This document shows, in pieces, positions 8,846 through 11,675 of a stretch of 11,675 bases of DNA. The notes below the pieces were generated by a model. It saw nothing but the letters and a program-made list of their open reading frames with translations, was not told where the DNA came from and made no database searches. This DNA is from a bacterium (lineage in GTDB: Bacteria > Bacteroidota > Ignavibacteria > UBA10030). The stretch's first letter is position 1, and the number at the start of each line of letters is the position of its first letter. The translations under genes and the position numbers were made by a program. Location: positions 1 through 11,675 of the forward strand of contig JAZDJN010000057.1 of assembly GCA_043803945.1 (NCBI GenBank), read 5' to 3'.

Positions 8846-9062
8846 CTAGAGACCTGGACGAAAAGTCCAACCACGAAGGACACTAAGGACTCGAAGATTA
8901 AGAAAGAGAAAAGAGCTCTTAAAAATTTAATCAATTCAACAGCTTTTCCTTTGTGTCCTTGGTGAACTTTTCAGCCAGAGGCTGATCCGCCAAACAGACG
9001 GCGGACAGGTGCGCCGGTGCAGTGGTTTGATTATGTTCTTAACTTTTCGGCCAGGTCTCTAG
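8846..9062. mobile_element. MITE copy 1 (217 bp including flanking CTAGs) carrying a 51-bp insertion
   Basis: Terminal inverted repeats CTAGAGACCTGGACGAAAAGT (8846-8866) and ACTTTTCGGCCAGGTCTCTAG (9042-9062) match 20/21. No ORF. A second copy starts at 11524. Confidence 0.85.
8971..9021. repeat. 51-bp multi-hairpin insertion within MITE copy 1
   Basis: Absent from copy 2. Contains TCAGCC-aga-GGCTGA and TCCGCC-aaacagac-GGCGGA-cagg. Confidence 0.85.
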
Positions 9063-9175
9063 CCGACAAGTGCTATAGTCTGGCAAGAGAGAAGGTTTAT
9101 GAGTGTGAACAAATCGCTTGAATGAGGTATAGCTCGCCTTACCTGACAAGTCGTGTCGCTCACAAATCACCTGGA

Positions 9176-9238
9176 ATCTGACCCCGAAATTGGGGAATCA
9201 TCTGGCCCTGAAGGCCTTTAACATGGGGAATTGTGGTG
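9176..9238 (-). repeat. Duplicated fragment of the IS21 left end
   Basis: 63/63 identical to 10750-10812 in the same orientation, lacking the terminal TGACA. Confidence 0.9.
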
Positions 9239-9248
9239 ACCCATAATA

Positions 9249-9334
9249 AATGGTTCAATTACTCAATGATTCAATGGTCCATGATACATTGATACAATGA
9301 TTCAATGATTCAATAATCCGATAATCCAATATTC
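9249..9334. repeat. Degenerate 8-bp tandem repeat (consensus AATGATTC, ~10 units)
   Basis: aatggttc aattactc aatgattc aatggtcc atgatac attgatac aatgattc aatgattc aataatcc gataatcc aatattc. Confidence 0.8.
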
Positions 9335-9432
9335 GTGTTCCTCAATTGTAATTCCATTTGTCGTCAGGCGAGATTTTTAAATATCGCTTATCAGGTATAC
9401 TTTCATGAAGATAAGTTCTAAGAGTGATTCAG

Positions 9433-9717
9433 CTATGCCGCTTCAGCATTTTGTGGAGGAGAATCCTGGTGGGAGGTATCCCCAAATCCAAGGAGTAAGT
9501 TCTCAACGCCTATATCTTCATCGAGTTCCTCCCAGTGGAGACTGGTTCCACCACCAGCGATGAAGTAGGTTTGTCGTTGTTCGCTTGTTGCACGCATAAG
9601 TCTTGGGAAATATGCGAGTGGCACACTTAATTTCCTTCCATCTGCAAAATCAACATAAAAGAATTGGTCATCGAATGTGATCCTTGTGGCAATTGAAATT
9701 CTATTTGAAATAGTCAT
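9433..9717 (-). CDS. DUF2442 domain protein (putative antitoxin)
   Basis: DGRKLSVPLAYFPRL..AT..QR and LHWEELDEDI.VENLL are DUF2442 motifs. ATG at 9717 (94 aa) has an AGGA RBS and overlaps the end of the upstream DUF4160 relic. Confidence 0.9.
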   Translation of the reverse strand: MTISNRISIATRITFDDQFFYVDFADGRKLSVPLAYFPRLMRATSEQRQTYFIAGGGTSLHWEELDEDIGVENLLLGFGDTSHQDSPPQNAEAA

Positions 9718-9803
9718 TCCATTTCCTTTCAATTAACTCTTGATGTTCTTCTACCAGAGTAAAAGAAGAATCGATATCCGAGATGGTGGAAAATAATTGG
9801 CAT
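9701..9803 (-). pseudogene. DUF4160 (putative toxin) gene with internal deletion and frameshift
   Basis: GGAAGGGG RBS, then MPIIFHHLGYRFFFYS (9803-9756) joined out of frame to LVEEHQELIERKWNDYFK* (9757-9701). These are the typical N- and C-termini of DUF4160. Confidence 0.85.
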
Positions 9804-9942
9804 CAGATTAATTCCCCTTCCTATGCAATTAAGTTACCATGCTCAGAACCAAAAATCAACCATCATTCATTCTGATCTAAGTCCATTTATACCCAGATAG
9901 AAATAAGATTCAATGATACCGCCAAACAGATCGGTGGGCAAG

Positions 9943-10503
9943 GAGAGTGTGCCGATAAAAGCATAGACGGTCCTGCGACGCTGTGAGACGGTATCGTAGA
10001 GAAGCCCCATGCGGACGTAGTCAACCTGGAGTTGTTCAGCGGGAGGAAGCTCTATGCGGCAGGTTGTGCGGTCAATCTTAGAGGATATCCTATGCGCTCG
10101 GGCTAGGCGCTTGAAACTACTGTAACTGACTTTACCCGTGAGGTCGTGTCTCTCACAGATGACCTCAAAGGCCGTCTTGGGTTTCAGTGGATTGTCTGTG
10201 TTGTTGATGAGCGAAAGAATCTCATCGAGGTAGGAACTAAGGAGGGCTTGCTTGGCAGCTTTGGAGTGTAGTTGTTCGATGGCAGTTTGGATCTTGGGGA
10301 GAATCTCTTCCTTGCATTCCAGGACGGTCTCGCGAGTCACTCCCAGATTGCGTACGAGTCGAAGGTAGGTGCGGATAATCTTGCGATCATCCCGTCACGT
10401 TGCACGTGACGGGACTGCGATGGTGCAGATGCGTTGACCGTTGTGCCAACGGTCGTCAGACTTCGACTGACTCTGTCGAGCGTAGAATTTCCCAAACGTC
10501 CAT
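9943..10503 (-). pseudogene. istA: IS21-family transposase IstA, interrupted and 3'-truncated
   Basis: Reconstructed MDVWEILR[28-bp insert]RWHNGQRICTIA[hairpin with stop]DRKIIRTYL (HTH), then VSYSSFKR and CRIELPPAEQLQVDY...VYAFIGTLS (start of the rve domain). Homology stops at ~9943 and no istB is present. Confidence 0.85.
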
Positions 10504-10717
10504 GAGTTGGTACCTTTTATATGCTATCTGTCAATCCTCCATAGTGATGAAATAGCGGTTAAGCCAAAGGTCGCTTACGCTCCAAAGCTTCAGCGACGGA
10601 GCGCGTATGCATGTCCGCTGGTTTTTTGGCGGAAGCCTTCGGCTCAGAGGAGACAAAGTATGGCTGTTCCTAAAACAGAATCAACTCCGGGTGGAGAAAC
10701 TTTGACAGGGGGTCAGT

Positions 10718-10822
10718 GGGGAATGATCTGACCCTGGAAACGGGGAATCATCTGACCCCGAAATTGGGGAATCATCTGGCCCTGAAGGCCTTTAACATGG
10801 GGAATTGTGGTGGCCCTTGACA
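10718..10822 (-). mobile_element. IS21-family left end with four subterminal repeats
   Basis: The minus strand starts TGTCAAGGGCCACCACAATTCCCC (5'-TG). GGGGAAT-N-CCC repeats on + at 10718, 10742, 10766 and 10799 (spacing 24, 24, 33) lie upstream of istA. Multiple transposase-binding repeats are an established IS21 feature. Confidence 0.8.
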
Positions 10823-11015
10823 ACAAGAGAAACATTCATTCGTTTGCGTGCGATAACAACTGCACCAGAAGAACTGAAAATCTTACTTCAACGATTGAAC
10901 CTTCCATTACCAAACAGATCAAAGGTGATTAAAAATGTAGTGCAGACTTTGACTCTCTGACAATGCTAACTCATTAATTTACTTACGTCTTGGTTTATGA
11001 ACTGCGGAAGTTGGG
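10823..11015 (+). mobile_element. 3' remnant of an IS1634-like element (transposase C-terminus and right end)
   Basis: 10823-10960 translates TRETFIRLRAITTAPEELKILLQRLNLPLPNRSKVIKNVVQTLTL*, resembling IS1634 transposase C-termini. It is followed by AACTGCGGAAGTTGGG (11000-11015), an IS1634-like end from recall. Confidence 0.68.
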
Positions 11016-11018
11016 CTA

Positions 11019-11066
11019 GGGAGAATGAGGAAATGGGGGAGTATGGAAATATGAGAATGTTGGAAG
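11019..11066. repeat. Degenerate purine-rich 8-bp tandem repeat (6 units)
   Basis: gggagaat gaggaaat gggggagt atggaaat atgagaat gttggaag. Confidence 0.55.
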
Positions 11067-11105
11067 TTTCATCTCTCGTCTGCCTTCTTACTTCTCACTC
11101 CGTTT

Positions 11106-11246
11106 AGGTCGGGAGGAGACCTCCCTCCCAGCTAAGAGGCATCCCCCGCCAGAACGCATGGCGGGCTGGCTGCCGAGGGCGTAAAGCTTGAGGTCGGGAG
11201 CAGGCTTGCCCGCCGTCTGTTTGGCGGGAGCTCCCTCCCAGATAAG
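11106..11246. repeat. Two direct copies of a 31-bp REP-like palindrome, the second with a 25-bp insertion
   Basis: AGGTCGGGAG-gagac-CTCCCTCCCAG-c-TAAG (11106-11136) versus AGGTCGGGAG-cag[11204-11228]ag-CTCCCTCCCAG-a-TAAG (11191-11246). Confidence 0.75.
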
Positions 11247-11523
11247 GGAAGATATTTTTAAGGCGATATGTGGAAGCTTTCCCCCTCTCCAACTCACCTG
11301 CCCGTCATTTTTGGGGTGGGCGGGAGAGAAACCCGCGTTCTATAAACGACAGGGTCAGGGGCAGGTAAGTGGTCCGGAGCCGAGCTCCTCGCCAATGGCC
11401 CACCCACGTTCACTTTCGGCTTGCCACGTCTCACGTGGCGAACTCCGGCAGGTAGGCAAGTCTTTCGACTTCTAAGCTTTTAAATCCTTCACACCTTGTT
11501 CTGCTCGGCGAGACGCCTTCGCT

Positions 11524-11675
11524 CTAGAAACCTGGACGAAAAGTCCAACCACGAAGGACACTAAGGACTCGAAGATTAAGAAAGAGAAAAGAGCTCTTAA
11601 AAATTTAATCAATTCAACAGCTTTTCCTTTGTGTCCTTGGTGAACTTTGTGGTTTGATTATGTTCTTAACTTTTC
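11524..11675. mobile_element. MITE copy 2, truncated by the window end
   Basis: 151/152 identical to copy 1 (8846-9048) once the 51-bp insertion is removed. Same orientation, starts with CTAG. Confidence 0.88.

Noticed and set aside
10718-10816. Regularly spaced repeats as a mini CRISPR array
   Set aside because: Repeats of 17-18 bp with 7-16 bp gaps are too short, no cas genes are present, and they are explained as IS21 subterminal repeats.
10507-11475. ORF-track ORFs 10507-10731, 11088-11297, 11104-11292 and 11188-11475
   Set aside because: They run through IS ends and GC-rich palindromes and show no recognisable protein motifs.
8846-11523. tRNA, riboswitch or other known ncRNA among the hairpins
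   Set aside because: No cloverleaf or recognisable ncRNA family motif, and the hairpins are better explained as dispersed repeats. An Rfam/Infernal scan was not possible.

Overview
The window has two parts. 1-8832 is mostly coding on the + strand: the left end of an IS630-like element (running off the window edge) that cuts a histidine kinase gene down to its ATP-binding tail, a 52-bp gene relic, two tandem DUF5686/carboxypeptidase-regulatory-like outer-membrane paralogs, and a tightly packed run of REC+RsbW-like kinase, hypothetical protein, membrane protein and TauE/SafE exporter. 8846-11675 is a mobile-DNA graveyard between two near-identical direct copies of a CTAG-bounded MITE. It holds a DUF4160/DUF2442 toxin-antitoxin pair with an internally deleted toxin, a decayed IS21 (istA pseudogene, left end, and a duplicated piece of that end), an IS1634 3' remnant and many short palindromes. 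The most notable signal is a ~24-28 nt 'tetramer + YCCGCC...GGCGGR hairpin' unit present six times. It shows a compensatory stem change, has filled and empty sites without clear target duplication, and one copy sits at the istA truncation point, which suggests a very small REP-like mobile or recombinogenic element. Family assignments come from motif recognition by eye, not database searches. An FCB-group (Ignavibacteria/Bacteroidota-like) host is only an inference from the DUF5686 genes.
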